Below are positions 27,639-36,421 of a stretch of DNA of 64,000 nucleotides, piece after piece. Under the pieces are notes generated by a model. The model had not been told where the DNA came from and did no database searches. It saw only the letters and a program-made list of their open reading frames with translations. A program made the position numbers and the translations under genes. Positions within the stretch are counted from its first letter, which is position 1. Each line of letters opens with the position of its first letter. The stretch is from a virus, in the IMG/VR virus record IMGVR_UViG_3300010885_072825, positions 64,001-128,000 of that record, one strand, 5' to 3'.

Positions 27639-28892
27639 TCAATCAATTTCTCGAACATCCCATGCTTGCGGACCCCAGCTGGTATATTTTACTTGAACTT
27701 GATTTTGATGTCGAAGACGACCAACAAAATCTTTAGATCTAGCTTCCACAACTTCATTTGATCCAGGATGGATATATGAAATATTATCAAACTGATCCAA
27801 ACATGTGACGGCCAATTGAGGAGTGTTCAGTTTGATTTTGAACACTGTGGCCATTGCCTGAGATCGTTCCCAATCTGATTGAATGTTCTTATAGAGCTCG
27901 TTAAGATCCAGAGGCGCGAATCGCAAAGTATCTTGCCATGGATTGGGTTTGTTGGTTTGATCAACTACTTGAGAAAAATCCATTTTCAAATTTTCCCATT
28001 TTAGTGGACCTGCTCCATGGCGAGTGGCATAGCAGCGGGTCACATATACAGGGGTGATTTCTTTTACTCCCAGTTCAGCCGCAGTATGAATTGCACTGAG
28101 CAGTCCCGTAATCGACCTAGTCACATGGGGAAATTCACCCATAAGTTCATCCAACCCCAGACCCTGTGCACCTTCAAAAATCACAGGTGTATCTTCCCAA
28201 ATGTTGAAAGGGTTGAAATTGGGTTGAATCACTTTGAGAGTTTCTAGCATACGTTTGATCATGGCCCATTCTGAATCAACATTCATCAATGGTACAAATT
28301 TTTGATATTCGGGGAGATGTTCAAATGGTTCTAGTAGTGGTTTGTAATATTCCTGTACTCGCAAAAGACTGAGAGAACTAGTACCATAACAACAATCATT
28401 GAGAACCAACTGCGCTGATGGATCTTGATTTCTAGTTACCGTAGCATTCACACCCAAACCACAGGACCCATGCTTGCTAGTACCTCGACTAATTTCTTGC
28501 AATTGATTATATGCAATATCCCAAATTGTGGTGATGATTGCGCTGGGATGAGCCCAAAAATTATAATGATAGGGACCATCAACATGTTGGATTCCCAATG
28601 CTTGTAATTGATCCCATTCTTTTAGAAATGCAAATGGATTGACGATAAAATTACTAGATAGATAAGTTCTAGATCCAGCAAGTGTTCCAGATCCAAAGTG
28701 ACCAAACACATGACGATGTTGATCTGTTACCACAGTGTGTCCAGCTTGAGCTCCGCCATTAACACGAGCAACTAGTGTATTTTTTGGACCTAACTTTCTA
28801 GCTAGATAATCAGTAATCAAGCCTTTGCCTTCATCACCATATCCAGCACCAATAACAGCATAGTTCGTCATGACGTCACCTTGAAGTTTCAT
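27639..28892 (-). CDS. purA: Divergent adenylosuccinate synthetase-like protein
   Basis: GAGYGDEGKG, NGGAQAGHT, HGSCGLG, FEGAQG..LD, FPHVTRS, YATRHGAGP. Confidence 0.8.
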   Translation of the reverse strand: MKLQGDVMTNYAVIGAGYGDEGKGLITDYLARKLGPKNTLVARVNGGAQAGHTVVTDQHRHVFGHFGSGTLAGSRTYLSSNFIVNPFAFLKEWDQLQALGIQHVDGPYHYNFWAHPSAIITTIWDIAYNQLQEISRGTSKHGSCGLGVNATVTRNQDPSAQLVLNDCCYGTSSLSLLRVQEYYKPLLEPFEHLPEYQKFVPLMNVDSEWAMIKRMLETLKVIQPNFNPFNIWEDTPVIFEGAQGLGLDELMGEFPHVTRSITGLLSAIHTAAELGVKEITPVYVTRCYATRHGAGPLKWENLKMDFSQVVDQTNKPNPWQDTLRFAPLDLNELYKNIQSDWERSQAMATVFKIKLNTPQLAVTCLDQFDNISYIHPGSNEVVEARSKDFVGRLRHQNQVQVKYTSWGPQAWDVREID

Positions 28893-28894
28893 AG

Positions 28895-28922
28895 ATTATA
28901 ACATGCCATTGAAATCTGTCAA
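28895..28922 (-). promoter_or_regulatory. Sigma70-type promoter with extended -10, upstream of the purA-like gene
   Basis: TTGACA-16 nt-TATAAT with TG at -15/-14; CATGTTATAATC also occurs upstream of 24123. Confidence 0.7.
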
Positions 28923-28979
28923 CCTCTCTGTCAGAATGATACAAAAACAATAAATAAAAGCAGCAATCCGGAGAACAAC

Positions 28980-29561
28980 GTGTCTATTGAAGAAATTAGA
29001 AAACTTATTGATTTATTAGAATCTGTTGATCAACATCAAGTACTTGGTGAGTCTATTTGGCCAAGTGCGGAAAAACGTACTGCTAAAGAACTTAAAAGGG
29101 ATGAAGCCAAGCGAAGAAAGCTAACTCCAACAGTAGATGAACAAGCACAGGATTTGTTACCAGCTGTAAAAAAAGCATTTAATTATGTGGTAAATGGTGG
29201 AAATAGGCCAGACGGGGTTTATATTCGTATAGAAGAAAATAAAAAAATATCATTTAAACTCAGTGGTGATTATATTACATCTTATGCAACGCCATTTAAT
29301 ATATTATTATGCACCAAACGAAATAATATGTTGGGGTGGGATGCAGATAATAATAAGTTATACTTGTTTGAATACAAAAATATCGGTACGTCTAAGACCC
29401 CAATATTCATACCACACACCAGATATGTGGATTTTAAATTTCCCGGAGAATATAATCCGCAGTTACCAGGGGATGTCAAAAAGGCATCCGCTATTTTGAA
29501 GACATTATGTGATTCTCCTGAATACAAGGATTTCACAAAATATTATACATATTTCAGCTAG
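28980..29561 (+). CDS. Late hypothetical protein with propeptide-like N-terminus
   Basis: AATAAATA at 28949-28956, SD GGAG, GTG start; MSIEEIRKLIDLLESV...VLGES. Confidence 0.65.
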   Translation: MSIEEIRKLIDLLESVDQHQVLGESIWPSAEKRTAKELKRDEAKRRKLTPTVDEQAQDLLPAVKKAFNYVVNGGNRPDGVYIRIEENKKISFKLSGDYITSYATPFNILLCTKRNNMLGWDADNNKLYLFEYKNIGTSKTPIFIPHTRYVDFKFPGEYNPQLPGDVKKASAILKTLCDSPEYKDFTKYYTYFS

Positions 29562-30385
29562 CGAAACAACCAAGCAACTTTTTCATCAATCGACCAGGTT
29601 CTAAATTCAGGGCAGGGAGCACTTTTGATCACATGTCGATCAAACAAAGTATCTGGTGAGGGTCGATGTGCGGCCGGGATGCCATCAAGTTCTTTGTTAG
29701 TCAGAGGGTGTTGAACCAAGTATCGACGTACCCAAGTGCCGTGGACAAATGCAGCCGGAAACGAATCAATCAGATGGTCAAGCTCAGCCAACCGTTGTCG
29801 CATTTCTTGACTGTTTTGCCCTTGCAAACTCTTATGGGAAAAATAATGATGGGCTGCCATACTGGTGGAATTTTTCTCACAATCCAATACCCTCCAAAGC
29901 ATGGCATTGGCTGCTTCAGTTTGTGAGGGCAGAGAAAAAACCCTGGCATCAAAATGCGGAATATATTCTTGCAGTGCCTGAACTCGACCGTGATAATCGT
30001 CACTAGCATCTATTGAATGCATGAATTTAGAACTGGCCATACCAGACAGTACACTAGACATCTTAGTGACTTTGCCTGAAAACCAATCAGGTTTAGCCCA
30101 AACTAAACTGATTTCATCGCTTTGAGTGAATCCTGCCAGTGCATGGGTTTGCTCCACAAGGTACTCGGTGGTCTTGACCATGCATGCATGAAAATTGACA
30201 TCAAATGGTCGTTCTAAATTTTTGGTTAGTTTGGAAAAACTGCGCCCATCTATCCTAGCATACACGGGTAGATCTTCAGGCAATCGAATCTCAGTGTACA
30301 CTGATTCTAATTCCTTCATTCGATCACCCAGCTCGTCTTTGGATACAGAAACCAAAGGTTTACGATCTTCGTCTAAGAATGTCAT
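29558..30385 (-). CDS. tRNA(His) guanylyltransferase Thg1-like 3'-5' polymerase
   Basis: LGDRMKELE, ARIDGRSFSKLT, PFD, TQSDEISL, FDARVF, WR..DC.KNS. Confidence 0.9.
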   Translation of the reverse strand: MTFLDEDRKPLVSVSKDELGDRMKELESVYTEIRLPEDLPVYARIDGRSFSKLTKNLERPFDVNFHACMVKTTEYLVEQTHALAGFTQSDEISLVWAKPDWFSGKVTKMSSVLSGMASSKFMHSIDASDDYHGRVQALQEYIPHFDARVFSLPSQTEAANAMLWRVLDCEKNSTSMAAHHYFSHKSLQGQNSQEMRQRLAELDHLIDSFPAAFVHGTWVRRYLVQHPLTNKELDGIPAAHRPSPDTLFDRHVIKSAPCPEFRTWSIDEKVAWLFR

Positions 30386-30387
30386 TA

Positions 30388-30708
30388 TTAATCTTCTTTG
30401 TTTTCATTGTAGAAACTCAATGCTTTACGAAGCCTGGCAATTTCCTCTTCTGCTGCTGCCGCTCTGGCCAAAGCGTTATTGACGGTTTCCATCATGCCAC
30501 GTCCAGTTCGAGCAAGACTAGAGATTTGGGTTTGCAAACTGTCTACTGTTTCTTGAGAATACAGAGGTTCGATTGGTCCAAAAATCTCAACCAAATTCTT
30601 TTCCCAATACTCAACGGTGGTATCGTATTCGGTATACGTATAGTCGCAGACACCAATACCGGGATTGCGGGCTCCAATACGCCAAGCAATGGGATTAACT
30701 TCTGACAT
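30388..30708 (-). CDS. Hypothetical protein with C-terminal coiled coil
   Basis: SD GGAG; 106 aa. Confidence 0.55.
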   Translation of the reverse strand: MSEVNPIAWRIGARNPGIGVCDYTYTEYDTTVEYWEKNLVEIFGPIEPLYSQETVDSLQTQISSLARTGRGMMETVNNALARAAAAEEEIARLRKALSFYNENKED

Positions 30709-30754
30709 TTTGCTCTCCAGCAGTTCGTTATACTATTACATAGCAGATTATATT

Positions 30755-30952
30755 TTATTTGTCAATGCATCGATTGATATATTTTACAATTCCCAAAGGT
30801 ACCATAATTGGCCAACCAAAAACACAAAGCACGATGGTTTCTGAGTTTACCTTTGTGAACAGTGCTTTTGCTAACATTGCAGTATAAGGTATGAACATGA
30901 TACTAGCAAAAACACCACAAACCCAATATGCAACAAACTGTTGAATTTCCAT
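30755..30952 (-). CDS. Small membrane protein
   Basis: Two hydrophobic segments ending FGWP. Confidence 0.55.
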   Translation of the reverse strand: MEIQQFVAYWVCGVFASIMFIPYTAMLAKALFTKVNSETIVLCVFGWPIMVPLGIVKYINRCIDK

Positions 30953-31068
30953 TATCGGTCTCCTTCGATGCGATTCAAAATTTCAGTACCGATCCAATAC
31001 ACGCAGACTACCATTACAAATGCTACCTCTCCGGTTGCAAGTGCATCAAATAAAGACTCTGTTGTCAT
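30952..31068 (-). CDS. 38-aa membrane peptide (below the ORF-track cutoff)
   Basis: MTTESLFDALATGEVAFVMVVCVYWIGTEILNRIEGDR; SD AGGA; TAATG overlap with the next gene. Confidence 0.5.
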   Translation of the reverse strand: MTTESLFDALATGEVAFVMVVCVYWIGTEILNRIEGDR

Positions 31069-31092
31069 TTGAAATATTTCCTGTGAGTTAAA

Positions 31093-31120
31093 ATGATGCA
31101 GAGGTTATCTCTGCATCATT
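31093..31120. terminator. Stem-loop terminator after the vWA gene
   Basis: AATGATGCAGAG-GTTAT-CTCTGCATCATT. Confidence 0.75.
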
Positions 31121-31130
31121 CATAATCAAA

Positions 31131-32024
31131 TTATGCCGTTTGCAATGCGTTAGTAAACGCATATTCCAATTTACTAGCTATTTCAGATTCTGTCAAGACC
31201 TGTCGAATGCTAGTGCCTTCAGCAATCTTAATAGTAGCTGTGATAATAGCAGGCAGGTCTTTATGATCCTTCATCCTAATCACATTTGGCCCCAACAGTT
31301 CAGTCCAGTTTGCAACCACTAGCCCTGGGTTAGAACGAGCATAGCTACCTTGTTCAGCAACAATATGGAACACATTGTATTTTTGTTGAACCAATTCCAA
31401 CAGTTCGGCATTTGAATAAACTAGATGTTGTCCTTCTGTACCAAACACCGATTTCAATTGACTGGCCGTAAGAGGTTTAGGTGCCATTTCGTCACCGATA
31501 GTAAAGATGTAACCTTTTTTGCCACGTTTTTCGAGACAATCAATTGCAGTCTTAGTAAGAGCAAAATACCACGGTAGGTTATAAGATTCAGTGTTGTTTC
31601 CACCACCACCGCTTTCAATCCACATGGTGCGCAATTGTCCAATCAATGGGATTGCTCCTGCTTCAAACTGTGAAACTTGCAAAGGTGCTGAGTCTGAATA
31701 CACATCACCGATGCCCATAAACATTAGGTGAGGGTCAGTAACAGGACGTTGATCATAGATAGAATTCATGATCTCAGGTAGTTGTGTTTTGGCAATTTCA
31801 TGTGCCACAAATCCCATGCTACCAGTTACATCCAATCCAATGATAATGGATGTGGACATCGGATTAGCGTCTGAGTCTCTGGATTCACGAATTGTGATCT
31901 TGCGTGGATCCAATGCTTGTGGCATGTTGCGACTAGTAAACACTTCATGCTGAGATTTAGTTCCCAGCCCATGCGTGCTTGAATAAGTTCTATAAGTAGT
32001 ATCGTCAAATCTTGCGTTTCCCAT
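31131..32024 (-). CDS. vWA-like domain protein
   Basis: RESRDS, GLDVTGSMG, IGD..SD.APLQVSQFE, GGGNNTESY, FTIGDE. Confidence 0.8.
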   Translation of the reverse strand: MGNARFDDTTYRTYSSTHGLGTKSQHEVFTSRNMPQALDPRKITIRESRDSDANPMSTSIIIGLDVTGSMGFVAHEIAKTQLPEIMNSIYDQRPVTDPHLMFMGIGDVYSDSAPLQVSQFEAGAIPLIGQLRTMWIESGGGGNNTESYNLPWYFALTKTAIDCLEKRGKKGYIFTIGDEMAPKPLTASQLKSVFGTEGQHLVYSNAELLELVQQKYNVFHIVAEQGSYARSNPGLVVANWTELLGPNVIRMKDHKDLPAIITATIKIAEGTSIRQVLTESEIASKLEYAFTNALQTA

Positions 32025-32035
32025 TGTTCTTCTCC

Positions 32036-32701
32036 TTAGGTTCTAAATGGTGTTTTAGTATTGCTGGATCCAAAAAGGCTATTTCCAGATCCCATCATTT
32101 TCTGCATCATCATCATCTGCATCATGCCGGCCATTGGGTTAGCTGTGGTTGCACCATTCATTTGACTCATCAACATTAGTGGCATGATCTTTTCCAAATC
32201 CATGTCTCCGCCACCCATCATCATCATGGGCAGCAACATGCCTTGCAGAGATCCCAAGCCATCTGCGCCACTGGGCAGCATGGTAAGCAGACTGCGCACT
32301 ACCAGCACGCCTGAATCAAACCCAAACATTTGTACTTTGGGCGGAGTCCAGCGACTGGTGGTCCCACTTGGACGAAGCAGCATAAAAGTGGTCTTGCCTT
32401 CTGCTGTGGTTTTGATTTCCGTAATCCACCCAGCACCATCTGCGCTGGTATAAATCAGATCACCAACTTTGACAGTTTCCACTGGTGTTGATTGTGCGAA
32501 TGCCGGAACAGCAAACCCAAAATCATCGAATGGATTGATCACCACAGTGGTGTCTTCGCCTGTGCCTTCAATGGTAGCAATTTCACCATCTCGAGTACGA
32601 ACACCCAGCTTGCCTGTCATTAGATCCCAAACCACGGAATCTACTTGTCTAAACATGCGTCCCATCAATTTGTCGACGCTCATATTCATCATCTTTGTCA
32701 T
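32036..32701 (-). CDS. Hypothetical protein with Met-rich C-terminus
   Basis: Beta-rich N-terminal part, then MLLPMMMMGGG...MAGMMQMMMMQKMMG. Confidence 0.7.
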   Translation of the reverse strand: MTKMMNMSVDKLMGRMFRQVDSVVWDLMTGKLGVRTRDGEIATIEGTGEDTTVVINPFDDFGFAVPAFAQSTPVETVKVGDLIYTSADGAGWITEIKTTAEGKTTFMLLRPSGTTSRWTPPKVQMFGFDSGVLVVRSLLTMLPSGADGLGSLQGMLLPMMMMGGGDMDLEKIMPLMLMSQMNGATTANPMAGMMQMMMMQKMMGSGNSLFGSSNTKTPFRT

Positions 32702-32734
32702 TTTATTTTCCTCTTTGTTTTGAAAGTTAATTTA

Positions 32735-33010
32735 TTATAGTTCTAGTCCTAGTGCAACTCGTTCTTCTCTTGTGAGTTTTGTAAGTGCTGCATTTCGAAG
32801 ATCATTTGCCAAATGGTTTTTGTGCCATTTGATAAATTCTTCCTTGTCAACACCAGCTTCTTTATAGTCCAATAGTTCATATGCTTTTTCATAGCTACCA
32901 TACACAATTTTTAGTAGATTCATAGTTGCGCAAAGCACGCGTTGAGTCATCTTGAAGCATTCTTCATCATCGTTATAAAAATTGTTTTTAATATCACATA
33001 CCATTTTCAA
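32735..33010 (-). CDS. Hypothetical protein
   Basis: C-terminal ALTKLTREERVALGL; SD GAGG. Confidence 0.6.
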   Translation of the reverse strand: MKMVCDIKNNFYNDDEECFKMTQRVLCATMNLLKIVYGSYEKAYELLDYKEAGVDKEEFIKWHKNHLANDLRNAALTKLTREERVALGLEL

Positions 33011-33023
33011 ATCCTCTCTATCA

Positions 33024-34025
33024 CTACTTCTGCAAAAATGGCCGGATAGTGGTCATTTGTGGTCGATCCTGTCCATTAACAGGTTCTATTGTTTGGAAAT
33101 AATTACCCCACCAGGGTCCTCCAGCCCAGTAGGTCCATCCCATCCAAACGTCATTATTGGTGGAATAATAAGTTAGCATTGCAGTCAACCCCGACAAACA
33201 GTTGGGATCCGCACTGGCGCCAAACTCACCCACAAATGCTCGGTAATGATTAGCACGTAACCAAGCTGTTGCTGCGGTGAGATTATTGACCACGTCATTT
33301 GGGCTCATACAGGTTGTGCCAGTACCTGAGAAATTACCATCCAAATATTCATGCATTTCAATTGCAAAATTATTTGCAGGATCTTGAATGCCAGTAAATC
33401 CCGCTGCATTAGTTGCGGTCCAATCATGTGCCCCATCCCATCCGGCTCCGGGAATGAGAATCAAATTATTAGCATTAGCTGCTCTAATAGCTGGGATCAC
33501 TGCATTAACAGTTGCTCTCCATCCGGATACATTTTGAGAAGCAGGTTCATTCATTAACCCAAACACAACCTGTTTATCTGATGGCCATTGATTGGCCAAT
33601 TGGGTCCAAAGATTTACAAAAGCTGTGATGGGTACTGCGGCGGATCCAATAGGCTGACCTCGATAGTTTCCAAAATCATGTACGTCAAGAACCACAGTGG
33701 CTCCTGAATACTTGATCATAGCCACTGTGGCTTGCAAACGTGCTAGCTCACCTGGATCCAGTGGACCATTAAGTGTGGGTTGAATGCGTTCCCAAAGAAA
33801 CGGAACTCGAAATACATTGACGCCTTTGCCAACATAATAGGTGACTTCCGCTTGGTTAGGATATGTGTAGTCAAAGAATGGTCTACCAGGTAGTGCTCCA
33901 CCATTAAATTCCGCACCGGACAAATTAACTCCGGTTAGTGGTACAGGGTTAAATGCAGCTGAGCTTGCAGGTGTTGCAAGTGCAAGACTGGTAGCGGATA
34001 AAAGCAGTGCAATAGTGTGTTTCAT
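33024..34025 (-). CDS. Secreted GH5 endoglucanase (cellulase)
   Basis: Signal peptide MKHTIALLLSATSLALATPASSA; GVNLSGAEF, FRVPFLWER, LDVH, GLMNEP (acid/base), EMHEYLD, VGEFG (nucleophile), WTYWAGGPWW. Confidence 0.92.
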   Translation of the reverse strand: MKHTIALLLSATSLALATPASSAAFNPVPLTGVNLSGAEFNGGALPGRPFFDYTYPNQAEVTYYVGKGVNVFRVPFLWERIQPTLNGPLDPGELARLQATVAMIKYSGATVVLDVHDFGNYRGQPIGSAAVPITAFVNLWTQLANQWPSDKQVVFGLMNEPASQNVSGWRATVNAVIPAIRAANANNLILIPGAGWDGAHDWTATNAAGFTGIQDPANNFAIEMHEYLDGNFSGTGTTCMSPNDVVNNLTAATAWLRANHYRAFVGEFGASADPNCLSGLTAMLTYYSTNNDVWMGWTYWAGGPWWGNYFQTIEPVNGQDRPQMTTIRPFLQK

Positions 34026-34141
34026 GGGCGTTTCCTCGTGTGTGTTAATAATGCAATATATTTTTTATCTTGTCACGACATATTATCAAAATTTTTAAAC
34101 AGCATGACTAAATAATCATGTAATTTAAAAAAGGCTTCTTA

Positions 34142-35068
34142 ATGCATAATTTATGTCCGGTATGTCAATTTCCTAAAAAACATTCTATAGAAAAACCAAC
34201 AATGCCATCTTTATGGAGTAGAACATGTGGGCAAAAATCATGCATAAAAATTTTAACCCAACAAACTAATTTAGAACAGTTTGGTCATATTTCTAATTTA
34301 CATCGTAAATTAGAAAATGGAAACACTGTACTTCAAGAAACAATGTTAAATAAATATCAAGTTTTTAATGTTTCTCAAATAGATAGTGTTAAACAGAAAA
34401 AACAAGAAACCTGTTTAGAAAATTTTGGAGTACCATGGCCGATGCAATCTGCATTAGTAAAACAAAAATCTGTTGAAACTGTTCTTGAAAAATATGGAGT
34501 CACTAATGTTTCTAAATCTCCATCTGTTATTGCAAAAATTAAACAAACTCAAATTGATAAGTATGGTTGTTATTTTATGCAAACCTCTGAAGGAAAAGAG
34601 TTGTTAAAAAATATTTGCCGAGAAAAATACGGAGTAGATTGGTATTTTAATTCGGAACATTTCAAAACTCAATTAGAAGCTAGAAACCTTGAACTATTTG
34701 GTGTAACTAATCCTTTCTATTCATCTGTGGTACAATCTCAAATAGCTAAAAGAAATGGTAAGGGTAAATCAAAAGAAGAAACTAAATGGTTAGATTCTTT
34801 ATGCATTGATGAAACCTTTCGACAATATCCGATCACAGGAAAAAGTGGGAAAACATATATGGTTGATGGGTTTGATCCGATTACTAATACTGTTTATGAA
34901 TGGAATGGTTCTTTTTGGCATGGTAACCCAGATTATTATGATTCGCATATATCACATCCTGTCAAAAAGAACAAAACGTTTGGTGAATTATATGAACAAA
35001 CTGTTGCTAGAGAACAAGACATGTTAGACGCTGGATACGAACTCATAGCTAAATGGTCAGTATTGTAG
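34142..35068 (+). CDS. Putative free-standing homing endonuclease (KYGV repeats plus PD-(D/E)xK/Vsr-like domain)
   Basis: N-terminal CxxC...CxxxC, repeated (K/N)(Y/F)GV units, SKEETKWLD...VDGF...YEWNGSFWHG; ACTAAATA at 34107-34114; overlaps the nampt 3' end by 20 nt. Confidence 0.7.
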   Translation: MHNLCPVCQFPKKHSIEKPTMPSLWSRTCGQKSCIKILTQQTNLEQFGHISNLHRKLENGNTVLQETMLNKYQVFNVSQIDSVKQKKQETCLENFGVPWPMQSALVKQKSVETVLEKYGVTNVSKSPSVIAKIKQTQIDKYGCYFMQTSEGKELLKNICREKYGVDWYFNSEHFKTQLEARNLELFGVTNPFYSSVVQSQIAKRNGKGKSKEETKWLDSLCIDETFRQYPITGKSGKTYMVDGFDPITNTVYEWNGSFWHGNPDYYDSHISHPVKKNKTFGELYEQTVAREQDMLDAGYELIAKWSVL

Positions 35069-36386
35069 AATTTGCGCGACTACGGATTGTATCTAATGTG
35101 TCATTTACTAAGAGTTTTCCTTCTTTATAATAATCAATCAACAATTTATGATCCAATCTTCCACCTTTGCTACGTTTCCCATTATCAGTGATCGGACTTT
35201 TTACGGTGTCTCTCCATTCATTCCTAACTCGAATAGCAGATGTTTTTTGCGCAAATGAGAAATCATCTCGATTTACATTTTGAAGTAATCCTCCGCCACT
35301 ACCATAAATTACACATTCTGGAGCATACCCCAATTGCTCAACCATTATGGTAAGCTCTTCAAATGTACGTCGATTGATACCATCTCCTTGAATAATACCA
35401 ACATTTTTGAGCACTTTATATCCTTTACTATTAATAGTAACGCCAAAGCCTGCTTCCAGCATATTTAAAATACGCGGAATAACTTCGGTGGGTTCACCAG
35501 AATCCGGGCGCACTACCCATTTAACGCCGGATTCAACAATGCGGTCTCGATATTCATCGCATAGTAGTTGAACTTCTCGATAAATGTCATACCCGTCCAT
35601 TACTGCGGAAATAATAGCACCGGGCTTTGCAAACTTTTCAAGCAATCTATCGAAATATTCTCTGGCGCCATCGATTCCATAACTAGTTTCTACAGAATGC
35701 TCAGTGGCAACAACTGAATATCCTGCCATATCACAATTATAATATTCTCGGGCTGCTACAAGTGCAACTAAATCATCAGTGCCTCGGAAATATAACAGGT
35801 GTGCTAGACCACCAATTTCTGCGGTTTCCCTAGAACTAACACCTCGGCTTGCAAAAGAATGCAAGGAAAATTCCAACATTGTTGGATTATCACTACTCAA
35901 ATCATAAATCTTTTTTAAGTGTTCATAACTAATTCGATCTAAACTTGCAATAGTTGTTGGATACCAAATACCGCGTTGAAGACTAGTTTCAACAAATGAT
36001 GCTAACCAAAATAGTCGGGAATCATCACATTCAACAGTAACAATTGGCGTTAAACTGTTAACCAATGTTCCTTCCGGAACACCTCGAATTGTAAATGGAA
36101 TATATCCATTGTATTTTGATACTAGATATTCCCAATCAGATGTATCAAAAGGCATACCATGCTTGACAGCAATATCTTGTGCAAGTTGAATATTTTCAAA
36201 CGTAATAGGATTCATTAGATTTTTCTTGATCCACATTTGCAGACCAAAAGGCACAATAATCTGATTGGGTTTTCTTGCTTCGATATACGAAAACATAGCA
36301 TTAGTGCCTTCTGGATAGGCATATTTATGAGATAGTTTATAGGAATCTGCATCAAGCAGGAAGGAAATAGTATTCAAAATCGTCAT
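35049..36386 (-). CDS. nadV: Nicotinamide phosphoribosyltransferase (Nampt)
   Basis: DADSYKLSH, WYPTTIA, FRGTD, SVVATEHS, VVRPDSG, IIQGDG, GSGGGLLQ, KRSKGG. Confidence 0.93.
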   Translation of the reverse strand: MTILNTISFLLDADSYKLSHKYAYPEGTNAMFSYIEARKPNQIIVPFGLQMWIKKNLMNPITFENIQLAQDIAVKHGMPFDTSDWEYLVSKYNGYIPFTIRGVPEGTLVNSLTPIVTVECDDSRLFWLASFVETSLQRGIWYPTTIASLDRISYEHLKKIYDLSSDNPTMLEFSLHSFASRGVSSRETAEIGGLAHLLYFRGTDDLVALVAAREYYNCDMAGYSVVATEHSVETSYGIDGAREYFDRLLEKFAKPGAIISAVMDGYDIYREVQLLCDEYRDRIVESGVKWVVRPDSGEPTEVIPRILNMLEAGFGVTINSKGYKVLKNVGIIQGDGINRRTFEELTIMVEQLGYAPECVIYGSGGGLLQNVNRDDFSFAQKTSAIRVRNEWRDTVKSPITDNGKRSKGGRLDHKLLIDYYKEGKLLVNDTLDTIRSRANSTILTI

Positions 36387-36421
36387 GTTCAAGTCTCCCT
36401 TGAGGTTTAAGTTTAAAATGT

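Noticed and set aside
27639-28892. PurZ (2-aminoadenine, Z-genome) synthase
   Set aside because: Keeps Asp in GDEGKG where PurZ has Ser; no datZ- or mazZ-like genes recognised nearby
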